Assembly: GCA_951406725.2 (NCBI GenBank)
Contig: OX597827.1
Location: 78,926,001-78,990,000 of the forward strand
Direction: 5' to 3'
DNA: 64,000 bases
Origin: Octopus vulgaris
Taxonomy: Eukaryota
In this document: positions 63,322 to 64,000 of the stretch, one piece after another
How positions within the stretch are numbered: the stretch's first letter is position 1
How the letters are laid out: every line of letters starts with the position of its first letter
Program-made: the position numbers and the translations under genes
The notes under the pieces: model-generated
What the model saw: only the letters and a program-made list of their open reading frames with translations
Databases searched by the model: none
Told to the model about the DNA's origin: nothing

Positions 63322-64000
63322 AGAGAAAGAGAAATCGTGAATACCAGAATAAACTTAATAAAGTAAGAAAAATATATTTGGAAGATGAAAAGAAGCAAGA
63401 AGATTTGGAAGAAGAAGCAGAGAGACATTTGCAAGAAAGATCTGAAGACTTTTTTTAATGCTGTTACCTATCTACCTGTTGATTATTATGCGAAAAGCTT
63501 TCCCGGAAAGGGAAAACGAAGCATCGCAGAAACTATTCAAACCGTCGTGGACTTTTTCGATGAAGAAAAAGCTAACGAGAAAGCCAGAAAAAATGTTGAA
63601 TCTGCTATGGACAAGTATATTGAAATGTATTTTCCTGGTGAGTGTAAAGGTTACAACGAACACCTGAACCGCCTTATTGAGAAAGCAGAAAGAATCGAAG
63701 AAATGAACTTCCCTATTTTAAGAGATATTTTGAAGCATATAAGCGATGATGATTCGTGGAAATTAGTTGCCAAACATCTAGGATCGGATGCAGAGGAAAT
63801 TGATATTAAAGCTCAAGAAACCCCACTGGATAAAAAATGCTATGTTTTTATTAACCTGGTGCCCCATAAAATGCACCTAAAGGATCTGTGCCCTAAGCTG
63901 TTATTTGCTCTCAGTGAATATTGTGAGTGTGAAGTTAATACCGAGAAAGTGGAGGCAGTTTTGGACAAGGCCATCGCTGACCAACAAGCTGAATATATTG
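63315..64000 (+). CDS. Unannotated ORF (partial, runs off window) with death-domain-like segment and one frameshift in a T7 run
   Basis: ATG at 63315 gives 47 aa to TAA at 63456-63458. Removing one T from 63450-63456 joins it to a frame open to 64000 (...ILKHISDDDSWKLVAKHLGSDAEEIDIKAQETPLDKKCYVFINL...LLFALSEY...). Confidence 0.65.

Overview
AT-rich, microsatellite-dense eukaryotic DNA. The repeat repertoire and gene types suggest an octopus/cephalopod genome (inference). Two host genes are well supported. One is a two-coding-exon C2H2 zinc-finger gene (20547-21381 + 22885-23576; 7 intact fingers plus 1 broken finger). The other is a single-coding-exon ankyrin-repeat/BC-box protein of the FEM-1 type (48830-50461), downstream of a CpG-enriched promoter-like region at about 42.5-43.5 kb. 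The rest is mostly transposon debris: three tRNA-headed SINE families, RTE/CR1/RLE-type LINE fragments, Tc1/mariner, hAT and piggyBac-type MITEs, a gypsy integrase remnant and Penelope-like remnants. Three things stand out. (1) Several dispersed minimal hammerhead-ribozyme motifs have palindromic stem III, and their 3-8 core pair covaries (C3-G8, G3-C8, U3-A8). (2) At the right edge, a young ~134-bp tandem array that looks like repeated intron+mini-exon units leads into an unannotated ORF with a death-domain-like segment, directly behind a gypsy integrase. (3) The zinc-finger array has a near-monotonous Q(-1)/H(+3) code predicting (NGA)n binding, which matches the (GAT)n tails of the dominant local retroelement. 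Most short ORFs in the track are microsatellite or SINE artefacts.
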